Assembly (NCBI GenBank): GCA_963934795.1
Contig: CAWWAF010000006.1
Location: 1,757 to 65,756 of the forward strand
Source: an uncultured bacterium
GTDB taxonomy: Bacteria; Acidobacteriota; Vicinamibacteria; Vicinamibacterales; UBA8438
DNA length: 64,000 nt
Reading direction: 5' to 3'
Below the pieces are notes generated by a model, which worked only from the letters and a program-made list of their open reading frames with translations, was not told the DNA's origin and did no database searches. The translations under genes and the position numbers were made by a program. The stretch's first letter is position 1; every line of letters starts with the position of its first letter. This document shows, in pieces, positions 35,505-44,747 of this stretch.

Positions 35505-36791
35505 ATGAGACGCAACAGCGATCTGTTCGCCGGACTGGTGTGGGTGGTGCTGACGTGCGGAGCGGCGACCGCGTCGTGGGGGGCGCCGGCCGAGCAAGAC
35601 CGACCAGCGGCCGATGGTCCGACAGGCCTGCGGGTGTTCCTGGATTGCGGGCGGCGGGCCTGTGACCGTGACTACCTCCGCCGGGAGATCACCTTCATCG
35701 ACTACGTGCGCGATCGCCGAGTCGCCGAGGTGCACGTCCTGGTCACGACGCAGGGTAGTGGCGGCGGCACGCAGTACACGTTTGATTTTATCGGTCTCGA
35801 CCGGTTCGATGGAAACGACGTGAGACACGCGTATTCCGAGAGCCGGACCGACACCTACAACGAGACCCGCGCCGGGATTGCCCAGGTGCTGCGGGTAGGA
35901 TTTCTGCACTACATCATCGAGACGCCGCTGGCCACGCAGATTGAAATCGGCACGGCTCGGCAGCAGAGCGGGGCTCGCTCGGTCATGGTGCAGCCTGAGG
36001 ACGATCCATGGGACTTCTGGGTCTACCGAGTGTCGGGGAATGTGCGGGCCTCGGGCGAGGACATCCGTACTGACCGAAACTTCAACGGGTCAGTCTCCGC
36101 AAACAGGACAACCGCAGACTGGATCATCCGTACCGAATTCGACGGGTCCTACAACGAGTCTATTACCGAATTGAGTACCGGCGATTTCACCAACATTCGC
36201 ACTCGGTATAACCTCGACGGGCAGCTGGTAAAGAGTCTCGGAGAGCATTGGGGTGCATCCATCGCGGGGCGGGTGGGCGCCACCACGTTTCTGAACCAGG
36301 ACCGGTACATGAGGGTGCAACCGGGGATAGAGTTCAACGTGTTTCCTTACTCCGAGTCGTCCCGTCGTAGCCTGACTGTCTCGTACGAGGCGGGGATCGA
36401 GTCGTTCGACTACGAAGAGGTGACCATCTTCGACAGGCTCGAAGAGACGGTGCCATCGCAGGAGATCCAGGCGACGCTCGACGTCGAGCAGCCGTGGGGC
36501 GATAGCCGCATCCGGGCTCGCTACAACAGCTTGCTGAACGACCTCGATACCTACAGCGCCTCCGTGTCCGGGAATCTCTCCTTTCGCATCGCCCGCGGGC
36601 TGTCGCTGAATGTCAGTGCCAGCACCTCGTTGGTGCGCGATCAGATCTATCTAGTCAAGGAGGACCTCTCGGATGAGGAGATATTGCTCCAACGCCGGCA
36701 ACTCGCGACCGACTCCCGGTATCGCGTGTCGTTCGGATTCAGCTACACCTTTGGGTCGATCTTCAACAACGTCGTGAACCCGCGGTTCTGA
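35505..36791 (+). CDS. Predicted outer-membrane beta-barrel protein
   Basis: Signal peptide. Alternating hydrophobic beta-strand pattern throughout. C-terminal ...SFGFSYTFGSIFNNVVNPRF with a terminal Phe. Confidence 0.6.
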   Translation: MRRNSDLFAGLVWVVLTCGAATASWGAPAEQDRPAADGPTGLRVFLDCGRRACDRDYLRREITFIDYVRDRRVAEVHVLVTTQGSGGGTQYTFDFIGLDRFDGNDVRHAYSESRTDTYNETRAGIAQVLRVGFLHYIIETPLATQIEIGTARQQSGARSVMVQPEDDPWDFWVYRVSGNVRASGEDIRTDRNFNGSVSANRTTADWIIRTEFDGSYNESITELSTGDFTNIRTRYNLDGQLVKSLGEHWGASIAGRVGATTFLNQDRYMRVQPGIEFNVFPYSESSRRSLTVSYEAGIESFDYEEVTIFDRLEETVPSQEIQATLDVEQPWGDSRIRARYNSLLNDLDTYSASVSGNLSFRIARGLSLNVSASTSLVRDQIYLVKEDLSDEEILLQRRQLATDSRYRVSFGFSYTFGSIFNNVVNPRF

Positions 36792-36809
36792 CACGCCAGC
36801 GTTCGCAGC

Positions 36810-36962
36810 ATGAAGCACAACTACGCCCTGCGCGAGAACGACGAGTGGGTCACGCCGCTTCGCGAAGCCTTGGCGGCGCGCGAACTGCCGTTCGATGAGT
36901 GGATTCCCGACACCGGTGTCGTGGATCTCGCAGCGGGGCCGCCGGAGACGGGTCGGGAGTAG
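36810..36962 (+). pseudogene. 50-codon ORF resembling the N-terminus of an ATP-grasp (RimK-like) enzyme; probable gene stub
   Basis: MKHNYALRENDEWVTPLREALAARELPFDEWIPDTGVVDLAAGPPE then stop. Remembered homologs continue ...PPEGVFYNRMSAS... for more than 250 aa. GC-rich third positions. Ends 4 nt before the PepSY gene. Confidence 0.4.
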
Positions 36963-36966
36963 ACAG

Positions 36967-37869
36967 ATGGCAGGCACAAGCAGTTGGCGACGGCAGCCGC
37001 AGGGGATGTGGCTTCGGAAAGCGCTCTTTCAGGTGCATCTCTGGACGGGCCTCGGCGTTGGCCTCTACGTGGTGGTCATCAGCCTGACCGGCAGCATTCT
37101 GGTCTACCGCAGCGAGCTACGGCAGTACTTCAATCCACAGCCGCAGACCGTGGCCGTGGAGGGGACCCGCCTGAGCGCTGATGCGCTGGTGGCCGCGACC
37201 CGGCAGGTCTTTCCTGATACCGAGATCGAGGTTTGGACCGACCCCGATGAGCCGGATCTGGCGGTGACGATGTCGGTTGAGGCTGAGGGCAGCGGTCGGG
37301 ATCTGCTCCTGTTCGACCCCTACAGTGGCGAGTACCTGGGGAATTCGCTGCCAGCCGGCTGGCGCCTCACCACCTGGATGCTGGATCTGCACGACAACTT
37401 GCTTGGGGGGGACACGGGCCGCGAGATCAATGGTGTCGGCGCCGCGTTGTTGGGGATCTTGACGCTGACCGGTCTGGTCATCTGGTGGCCCGGGATCGGG
37501 GGATGGAAGCGGGCGCTGCTGGTTGACTGGCGCGCAAACTGGCGGCGCGTGAACTGGAGTGTGCACAGCTCGTTTGGGTTCTGGACCCTGCTCTTCCTCG
37601 GCATGTGGGCGTTCACCGGGGTCTATCTGGCATTCCCGGAACCGTTCATCGCCATCGTCGACTACCTGGAACCGTTCGAGGAGGACAACTTTGATCCCCG
37701 CACCGGCGACCAGATTCTGTACTGGTTCTCGCTCATGCACTTTGGCCGGTTCGGCTGGGCGACGAAAGCGGCCTGGGCAGCGATCGGCTTGGTGCCGCCG
37801 GTGATGTTCGTGACCGGGGCCATCATGTGGTGGAACCGCGTGGTCCGCCCCTGGTTGGCGCGGCGATAG
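36967..37869 (+). CDS. PepSY-associated TM helix (PiuB-like) membrane protein
   Basis: LRKALFQVHLWTGLGVGLYVVVISLTGSILVY, MLDLHDNLLGG, FSLMHFGRFGW. GGGAG upstream of ATG 36967. Confidence 0.8.
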   Translation: MAGTSSWRRQPQGMWLRKALFQVHLWTGLGVGLYVVVISLTGSILVYRSELRQYFNPQPQTVAVEGTRLSADALVAATRQVFPDTEIEVWTDPDEPDLAVTMSVEAEGSGRDLLLFDPYSGEYLGNSLPAGWRLTTWMLDLHDNLLGGDTGREINGVGAALLGILTLTGLVIWWPGIGGWKRALLVDWRANWRRVNWSVHSSFGFWTLLFLGMWAFTGVYLAFPEPFIAIVDYLEPFEEDNFDPRTGDQILYWFSLMHFGRFGWATKAAWAAIGLVPPVMFVTGAIMWWNRVVRPWLARR

Positions 37870-37972
37870 CCCAGGGAGCGTCGGCTGTCGCCACGGCGGG
37901 ACCGCGTGTGAACCGTTGTAGAATCAGCGGATCCGTGAGCGCGCCGCTACGTCCGGCGTGGAGGAGAAATAG

Positions 37973-38764
37973 ATGAGTCTGATGGGTTTCCGCACCACAC
38001 GTTGGTCCGAACAACCTCTGTTGCCGGCACGGGCGTGCGCGCCGTGGCTCGTACGCACGATGGCGACCGCGATCACCGTGGCCGTGATGGTTGCCCCGGC
38101 GTTCGCGCAAGCGGGTGCTGACGAGGTGGCGGTGCCTGACCTCGCTGGTGTGTGGGACGGCGGTTTTCGGGCGAGACCCGTCAATGGGCCGAACATGCCG
38201 TGGGTGCCGGGCGAGAATTTTCCGGTCCTGAACGAGCGGGGACTCGCGTACCAGGCCGCCTTCGATGAAGCGATTGCGCCGAAGTACGACTGTGTGCCTT
38301 CGGCGTCACCGGCGATCCAATACGACCCCTACATGATGGAAGTCACGCAGTGGCCGGACCGGGTGCTCGTTCGCTACGAGAAAGACGATCAGATCAGGAC
38401 GTTCTGGCTCGACGGCCGAGAGACGCCAGTCAACGATTTTACGGTCCAGGGCTTTTCGGCCGGTCGTTACGAGGGTGGCGCCTTGATCGTCGAGACCACC
38501 AAGTTCGTGTTTGATATCGCCGGCTTTGACGATTACAACGGCATTCCGTCGTCTCAGCAGAAAAAAGTCACCGAGCGGTATTGGCGCGAGGGCGAGGAGT
38601 TGCGCATGACGCTGACGGTCGAGGACCCGATGTTCCTGCGCGAGCCCGTGGCCTACACGACGCGCTGGCTTGCGGGACCGGAGGGCTACAAGCTGCAGGG
38701 CTACGACTGCGACCCGTTCGAGGCCGGGCATCCGCGCAAGTTCCTGGTGCCGAAGTATCGTTAG
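37973..38764 (+). CDS. Secreted conserved protein of unknown function (upstream partner of the DUF6152-like gene)
   Basis: GGAGGAG lies 7 nt upstream. Signal peptide ends ...APAFAQA. Its N-terminal PDLAGVWDG and ...YEGGALIVETTKF echo the 30407/46325 family, but it lacks the ACHEGN motif. Confidence 0.75.
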   Translation: MSLMGFRTTRWSEQPLLPARACAPWLVRTMATAITVAVMVAPAFAQAGADEVAVPDLAGVWDGGFRARPVNGPNMPWVPGENFPVLNERGLAYQAAFDEAIAPKYDCVPSASPAIQYDPYMMEVTQWPDRVLVRYEKDDQIRTFWLDGRETPVNDFTVQGFSAGRYEGGALIVETTKFVFDIAGFDDYNGIPSSQQKKVTERYWREGEELRMTLTVEDPMFLREPVAYTTRWLAGPEGYKLQGYDCDPFEAGHPRKFLVPKYR

Positions 38765-38813
38765 ACGTGTCGGCGCTGGCGTCGTGTGGAGTGGGGAAAC
38801 CAAGGAGGACGTT

Positions 38814-39191
38814 GTGAAAGCTCTGTTGTGGATCTCTGGGGTGGTGTTGGTCGGGACGGTAATGGTGACGAGCGTGGGTGCGCATCACGCGAGCGGGCCG
38901 TTCTACGATCCGGAGAAGAGCGTCGAAGCGGTCGGCACCGTGACGGAGTTTGTCTTCAGGAACCCGCACTCGTTTGTCTATGTCGATGGGGTGAACGCGG
39001 ATGGCACGACCACCGCGTGGGAGGTCGAAATGGGCGCGTCGGTCTCGATGAGCCGCCGTGGCTGGACCCCCGAAACGATCAAGGCGGGCGATCAGATTAA
39101 GGTCGTCGGGCAGCCGTCGCGGGCTCCCGGCACGTTCGGCATCTGCTGCGCCGAGTTGACCAAGCCGGACGGCAGCCCGTTGCGCCCATAG
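38814..39191 (+). CDS. DUF6152-like small secreted protein
   Basis: AAGGAGG lies 5 nt upstream of GTG 38814. Signal peptide, then AHHASGPFYDPEKSVEAVGTVTEFVFRNPHSFVYV. Confidence 0.7.
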   Translation: MKALLWISGVVLVGTVMVTSVGAHHASGPFYDPEKSVEAVGTVTEFVFRNPHSFVYVDGVNADGTTTAWEVEMGASVSMSRRGWTPETIKAGDQIKVVGQPSRAPGTFGICCAELTKPDGSPLRP

Positions 39192-39269
39192 CGGTGTGAG
39201 ATGGAGCCCGGTGCGCCGCCGCCGGGCTGGCTCACGGGGCGGGGCTTCCGGACGTGCGCAACGCCCGCG

Positions 39270-39881
39270 TCACGGGTCACTCGGATACCAGAAGCGCGAG
39301 TGGCAGTTCTCGCACGTCGCGTCGAGTCGATCACCACCCGCCAACAACGCCTCCACGTTGCGGGCCCGTACGGCCTCCAGCATCACGACGCCGACGTCAT
39401 GCAGCTCTCGGGCCGAGCGTTGCCATGCATCGGGGCTCGCGACGATACGCGCTGCAATGTCGGCCGGTTCCAGGTCGACGCCAGGCAATTGCGACACTGA
39501 ATCCGGTGCGGCGACGGGGCGGTGCTCAATCTGAAGAAGATTGCCGGCCTCGAGGAGCAGAATCGCGTCCCGTTCCAGCGCGAGCCATTCGTCGTCCGTT
39601 TCGGGCCGCTGTTCTTCGAGCCCATCCAGGGTGGACGTCACCACAACCGCATCCCACATGGCGTCGGCGGCGGGGTCGATCATCACCCGCATCAGGTCTT
39701 CAACCGTCGCGGTCGGTTGGAAGTCTGCCGTGGGTGGCGGAGGTGCGACCGGCCGGCGGTCTTCGCATGCCGCGACCACGAGCGTCGTCGCTATGAGCAC
39801 GAGCAGTGAGAGACACGGGGCTACTGGCCGCGTTCCCGAACCGATTCGGTCGTTTACTCGATGATGACGCTCTGGCAACAT
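39270..39881 (-). CDS. Class II (cytochrome c'/c556-like) c-type cytochrome lipoprotein
   Basis: Lipobox LVVAAC. Helical body. Single heme motif CENCH a few residues from the C-terminus, as in four-helix-bundle class II cytochromes c. Confidence 0.65.
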   Translation of the reverse strand: MLPERHHRVNDRIGSGTRPVAPCLSLLVLIATTLVVAACEDRRPVAPPPPTADFQPTATVEDLMRVMIDPAADAMWDAVVVTSTLDGLEEQRPETDDEWLALERDAILLLEAGNLLQIEHRPVAAPDSVSQLPGVDLEPADIAARIVASPDAWQRSARELHDVGVVMLEAVRARNVEALLAGGDRLDATCENCHSRFWYPSDP

Positions 39882-39914
39882 GGCTCGTCTCGGCGCCTGC
39901 GGCCAGCAGACGAA

Positions 39915-40310
39915 TCAGGGGCAGCGGTAGGTGTTCTCCAGCGCGCGGAGGACCAGATCCGAGTCCTCGTCCGGAAGGGCGATGGGATTGTTTTCCAGAT
40001 ACTGGACCACCACCCACACCGCCTGCGCTGTCGTCGCTTGAGGTGGGAGGCAGACACGGTCTGGCATGAAGGTCTCGGCCATATCGACGACGCCGTGCAC
40101 CAGGCCGGCGCAGTAGCCCATCCCGAATGGATTCCGCTCCAACGTCTCGTCCCGGCCGGCGCCCGTGCGGCCGAGATACTCGAAGTACAGTCGACACGTC
40201 TGCACCAGTTGGATACCGGAGCCGGCGGTGGTCTGGCTGGCCTGCCCGGTGTCGCCCGGGTGCGCCGAGGCGACCAGCAGGATGACGAACAGAAGGCCCA
40301 CGCGTTTCAT
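39915..40310 (-). CDS. Rap1a/Tai4-like small periplasmic protein (immunity-protein fold family)
   Basis: Signal peptide MKRVGLLFVILLVASA. The pattern GYCAGLVHGVVD...VCLPPQATTAQAVWVVVQYLENNP...LVLRALENTYRCP matches the remembered Rap1a family consensus. Confidence 0.6.
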   Translation of the reverse strand: MKRVGLLFVILLVASAHPGDTGQASQTTAGSGIQLVQTCRLYFEYLGRTGAGRDETLERNPFGMGYCAGLVHGVVDMAETFMPDRVCLPPQATTAQAVWVVVQYLENNPIALPDEDSDLVLRALENTYRCP

Positions 40311-40468
40311 GGTCTGTACCGGAACGAACACCCGATTGGTGGGCATCGCGAGGCCAGTATAGCTGGGTCGGGGTTCCTGCGGCGTGTGTGACCCGCGCGC
40401 CGGGGACGATCTGGCCATAGCGGGTCTCGCGTCACCCGCGTTTCGGGCCTGGCTCCGCGCGGATTCCA

Positions 40469-40474
40469 TATAAT
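40469..40474 (+). promoter_or_regulatory. Candidate -10 box (TATAAT) 6 nt upstream of the GTG of the ABC-2 permease pseudogene (possible leaderless transcript)
   Basis: Exact TATAAT at 40469-40474. No convincing -35 hexamer at 16-18 nt. No SD before GTG 40481. Confidence 0.25.
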
Positions 40475-40480
40475 CGCGCA

Positions 40481-41604
40481 GTGCAGACCGACCAACCGCC
40501 ACCGTGGCACCGAGTCGTCCGGCATTCCGCGTGGGCCCCGTGTCTTGCGCTGATGCTGGTGGCCGTCGCAGGATGCCAGTCAGGGGGGCCCACGCCGCAA
40601 CCGGCGAGCGTGGCGTTGGCGCCTGGTCTGATGCCGTGGATCGCACGCGCTGACCACGAGGTCGTGGAAACGGACGGCGATCTGTTCGCGCGGGTGCGGT
40701 CTGGTGAACTGGAATTGGCCGTGCTGGTCGACCCGGACTACGCCGTAGATTTCGCGGCTGGTGCGCCCGCTCGGGTGCGCCTGATCGTCGACGGTTCGAA
40801 GAACGAACTGTCGCCGCTGGTGCGCCGCGCCCGCCGCGTCCTCGGCAGCTACGGAACCCAGGTCAGCACGCTGCGGCTGATTGCCAGAGGGGTGTCGACC
40901 GATCTGCGCACGCCGGTTCGGCTCGAGGAGTTGGACATCGCCACAAGTCAGCAGCGTTTCGCCAATTTTCTGAGCTTCATCCCGCTCTTCATCATCACGG
41001 CGGCATTCGTGTCGGGGATGAACGTGGCGATTGACACGACCGCGGGTGAGCGTGAGCGCGGCTCGCTCGAGCCCCTTCTGATGAACCCCGTGTCGCGGAA
41101 CGCGATCGTCATAGGGAAATGGCTGGTCACAGTAGTGTTCGCGAGCGCCGGCATCGTGCTGGTGCTGGCGGGTACCTTGACGATGTTGCGACGCATGTCG
41201 CTTGAGGACCTGGTATCCGGCTGGATATTGGCCCCATGCAGGTTGTCGCAATTCTCGCCGGTACGGTACCGCTCGCATTTCTGGCCGCCGGCGTCCAGTT
41301 GCTGGTGTCCACCTTTGCTCGATCGTTTAAGGAAGCGCAGACCTACGTGAGCACGCTCATCTTTGTGCCGATGATCCCCGGCATGATTGCGGCCGTGTCG
41401 TCCCTCCCGAACGTGCCATGGATGGCCGAGGTGCCGTCGCTTGGACAGCAGGTGCTGCTGACACGGGTGTTGGGTGGCGACGACCCAGGGCTGGCCCTAT
41501 TGCTGGTGGCGGGTGGATCGTCGCTGCTATTGGGACTCTTGTGCGTGATGTTGACCGCGTGGCTGTTTCGCCACGAGCGGATTGTGTTCGGCGTGGAGAA
41601 TTGA
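40481..41604 (+). pseudogene. NatB-like ABC-2 family permease, disrupted by a -1 frameshift near 41211
   Basis: ORFs 40481..41350 and 41236..41604 are two pieces of one permease (TAGERERGSLEPLL...; ...FARSFKEAQTYVSTLIFVPMIP...). Adding one G to the CTGG at 41210-41213 restores ...SLEDLGIRLDIGPMQVVAIL.... No ATPase gene is adjacent. Confidence 0.75.
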
Positions 41605-41672
41605 CACCACCCAGCAGGACTGGCGGCCCACGTGGGGGACGCTGCCCCGGTTTGTGGTCATCTGGAGAGCCT

Positions 41673-43823
41673 ATGTTCCTGAATCCGAGGGTCGTGTGCC
41701 GGAACCGCGGTGTCGCCGCTGTGGACGCCAGGTGGATCGTCTGGACCGCAGCGGCACTGGTGCTGACCGTTGTCGCGACGCCTGCGCGAGGACAAACGCC
41801 GCTCGGATTTACCGAGGAGCAGGCTGAGGCGGGGAGTGCCGTCTACGCCGAGCGCTGTGCGTCATGCCATGGGGACACGCTCGACGATGGCGAGGTAGCC
41901 CCGCCGCTGAAGGGCGCGGCCTTCCGTGAGCGTTGGCGAGCGGAGACGCCCGACACCCTGTTCAACCTGACCGCCGACACCATGCCGCAGGATCAGCCGG
42001 GCGTGCTCGACGACGCGTCGTACGCGGCGGTGCTCGCGTTCATGTACCGCGAAAACGGGTCCGCGGCCGGGGCGGACGCGCTGCCCGCTGATCCGGACAT
42101 CCTGGCGGGGTTCACGCCGCCACGGTGGCCACGCGGGCAAGGCGGCGGGCTGGCCCCGGGCGCGGCGCTGCCACCGTATCCGGTGTCGGCGAATCCACTG
42201 CCAGGCCTCCGTCCGGTGACCGACCAGATGCTCGAGCAACCGGACCCGGGCGATTGGTTGCTCTGGCGCCGAACCTACGACGCCTATGGCTTCAGTCCAC
42301 TCGAGGCGATTAACCGCACCAATGTCGACGACCTGCGCGTGGCGTGGAGCTGGTCCCTGCCGGCAGGACCGAATGAGTCAACACCGATCGTGCATGACGG
42401 CGTGCTGTTCATCCACGGGTACGGGGACGAAGTACAGGCGCTCGATGCGGTCACCGGAGATCTCCTCTGGCAGTACTCGCGTCGACTGCCACGCGGGACC
42501 GCCCCGAGCGTGAAGCGCGGGATGTCGCTGTACGGCGAGCGGCTCTATGTGCCGACGTCCGATGCGCACATCGTGGCGCTAGACGCACGCACCGGCCGAG
42601 TGGTCTGGGATAAGCCTGCGGCGGATCGGGAGGACGGCTACCGCATGACCGGCGGCACACTGGTGGCGCGGGGCAAGGTGATGGTTGGGACCACCGGGCG
42701 CGTCGGCGGCGGCAACTATATCGTGGCGCTCGATGCTGAGACCGGCGACGTCGCCTGGCGTTTCGCCACCATCGCGCAGCCTGATGCGCCGGGTGGTAAC
42801 AGTTGGAACGGGTTGCCGGTCGAGGCTCGCAACGGCGGCTCCGTCTGGATACCGGGTAGCTACGATCCGGTCAACAACCTCGCGTTCTTTGCGCCCGGCA
42901 ACACGTATGACACGGGGCCGCTGCGGGATCCCGTCTCCATCCCCGGGGTGACCAACGATGCGCTGTACCTCGACACTACTCTGGCGTTGAATCCCGATAC
43001 CGGCCAGTTGGTCTGGCACTTTCAGCATCAAGCCAACGGACAGTGGGACCTCGACTGGGCATTCGAACGACAAATCGTGGATCTGACAGTGGGCGGAGAG
43101 AGCAGGCGGCTGGTGGTCACGACCGGCAAGCAGGCCATCTTCGACTTCTTGGACGCGGAGACAGGTGCCTATGTGTCGTCGATCGATCTGGGCCTACAAA
43201 ACCTGGTGACCGCCATCGATCCGGTCACGGGCGCCAAGACGACCGACCCGGCGCTCTTGCCCGGCGACGGCGAGACCAAGATGGTCTGTCCCCACGTAAG
43301 TGGCGGGCGCGGATGGATGCCGACCTCCTACGATGCGCGTACGAAGGTCGTCTATGTGCCGATGGTCGAAGCCTGCATGGACCTCGTGCCGGTGCCGGAC
43401 GGTGAGCGCGGCAGCCTGTCGAGCGGCGTCCGATGGACGGTGCGCCCGCGGCCGGAGAGCGACGGCAACTACGGCCGCTTGGAGGCCGTCAACCTGGAGA
43501 CCGGCGACACGACCTGGATCGCGCGCCAACGCGCCCCCCAAACGACCGGCACATTGGTCACCGGCGGCGGGCTCGTGTTCGCGGGCGCCCTGGATCGGCG
43601 CATTGCCGCCTACGACTCCGGCACCGGGGAGCAGCTATGGGAGACCCGCCTCAATGAAGTCCCGAGTGCGGCGCCCATCACCTACGCCGTCGCCGGCCGG
43701 CAATACCTGGCCGTCATCGTGGGAAGCGGCGGATACCAGTCCGGTAGCTACGGGGTGATGGTGCCGGAGATCAAGAATCCGCCCGGCCGCGGCGCCTCTC
43801 TCTGGGTATTCGAAGTGAAATAG
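41673..43823 (+). CDS. Quinohemoprotein: N-terminal class I cytochrome c domain fused to a PQQ-dependent dehydrogenase propeller
   Basis: GGAGAG upstream of ATG 41673. Signal peptide. YAERCASCHGD...TMPQ, then RVAWSWSLP...STPIVHDGVLFI, NGGSVWIPGSYDPVNNLAFFAPGN and C-terminal AGRQYLAVIVGSGGY. Confidence 0.85.
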   Translation: MFLNPRVVCRNRGVAAVDARWIVWTAAALVLTVVATPARGQTPLGFTEEQAEAGSAVYAERCASCHGDTLDDGEVAPPLKGAAFRERWRAETPDTLFNLTADTMPQDQPGVLDDASYAAVLAFMYRENGSAAGADALPADPDILAGFTPPRWPRGQGGGLAPGAALPPYPVSANPLPGLRPVTDQMLEQPDPGDWLLWRRTYDAYGFSPLEAINRTNVDDLRVAWSWSLPAGPNESTPIVHDGVLFIHGYGDEVQALDAVTGDLLWQYSRRLPRGTAPSVKRGMSLYGERLYVPTSDAHIVALDARTGRVVWDKPAADREDGYRMTGGTLVARGKVMVGTTGRVGGGNYIVALDAETGDVAWRFATIAQPDAPGGNSWNGLPVEARNGGSVWIPGSYDPVNNLAFFAPGNTYDTGPLRDPVSIPGVTNDALYLDTTLALNPDTGQLVWHFQHQANGQWDLDWAFERQIVDLTVGGESRRLVVTTGKQAIFDFLDAETGAYVSSIDLGLQNLVTAIDPVTGAKTTDPALLPGDGETKMVCPHVSGGRGWMPTSYDARTKVVYVPMVEACMDLVPVPDGERGSLSSGVRWTVRPRPESDGNYGRLEAVNLETGDTTWIARQRAPQTTGTLVTGGGLVFAGALDRRIAAYDSGTGEQLWETRLNEVPSAAPITYAVAGRQYLAVIVGSGGYQSGSYGVMVPEIKNPPGRGASLWVFEVK

Positions 43824-43893
43824 TTGTCGGTGGCGTGTAGGAGCGGGAACGGGACCCTGTGGACCGCGCAATTGACGGCCGAGGCTCGACATC

Positions 43894-44691
43894 ATGATCA
43901 GCACACCGATGTATTTCCCCGACGGGTTCGATTTGGAGCTGGCCAAGCTGTGTGCCCGGCTCTCGTCCTATGCGTATGACATGTATACGCAGTGGACGAA
44001 GCAGGGCAAGCCTCGGAAGGAACGCGGTTTCCGCTGGACGCCGCCGTCAGACGCCGGTCTGACCTTTTCCGCCCCGTTCTGGAGCGCTGAGGAGGTGCTC
44101 TGGGTGTTCAACGAGGCGGAACCGTTCGGTTTCTGCGCTCGCGACCGGGCCGGCACGGGGTATCTGGTATTCCGGAGAACCTCGTCGAACAGCGATTGGG
44201 CCGACGACGCCGATGTAGACCAGCGGCCCTACGACCTCGTGCCCAACTACGGACAGGTCCACGACGGATTTCTGAAGCTCTATACCTCGATGCGAGCGGA
44301 TGTCCTGGACGAACTCGACAGCGTGGGCCCGATCAGTGATCTGAGGGTGACAGGCCACAGTCTCGGATGCGGCCTGGCCACGCTCGCCGTTCCAGAGCTG
44401 GTCGGTCGGCCCGGAGCCGGTTCGATCACGCAGTACAACTTCGCGAGCCCGCGTGTCGGCAACCCCGACTTCGCAGCCGCCTACAATAGCAACGGCGTCC
44501 CAACCTTTCGGGTCGTCAATACCTGCGATCTGGTCCCTGAAGTGCCACCCAGCGTCCTCGCGAAGCTCGTCTTCAAGCACGTGGGCGCGCCCATAGACTT
44601 CACCGCCCAGTATGGGGCAGTTGGCGGCGACCACAGTCTGGACGGCGCATATCGATACGCGCTGGACAATCCTGGCGCTCCGCAGTCATAG
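43894..44691 (+). CDS. Class 3 lipase family protein (no signal peptide)
   Basis: VTGHSLGCGLATL (GxSxG) and VHDGF; typical alpha/beta-hydrolase order. Confidence 0.85.
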   Translation: MISTPMYFPDGFDLELAKLCARLSSYAYDMYTQWTKQGKPRKERGFRWTPPSDAGLTFSAPFWSAEEVLWVFNEAEPFGFCARDRAGTGYLVFRRTSSNSDWADDADVDQRPYDLVPNYGQVHDGFLKLYTSMRADVLDELDSVGPISDLRVTGHSLGCGLATLAVPELVGRPGAGSITQYNFASPRVGNPDFAAAYNSNGVPTFRVVNTCDLVPEVPPSVLAKLVFKHVGAPIDFTAQYGAVGGDHSLDGAYRYALDNPGAPQS

Positions 44692-44747
44692 CGGTCTTGC
44701 CCACGCGACGTGAGACGGCGCTGTGTCAGAGCTGGCCACCAACCGGC

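Noticed and set aside
39915-40310. Considered a type VI secretion effector/immunity island, because of the Rap1a-like protein.
   Set aside because: No T6SS structural genes, PAAR/VgrG/Hcp genes or amidase effector are present in the window. I reported it only as an orphan of that fold.
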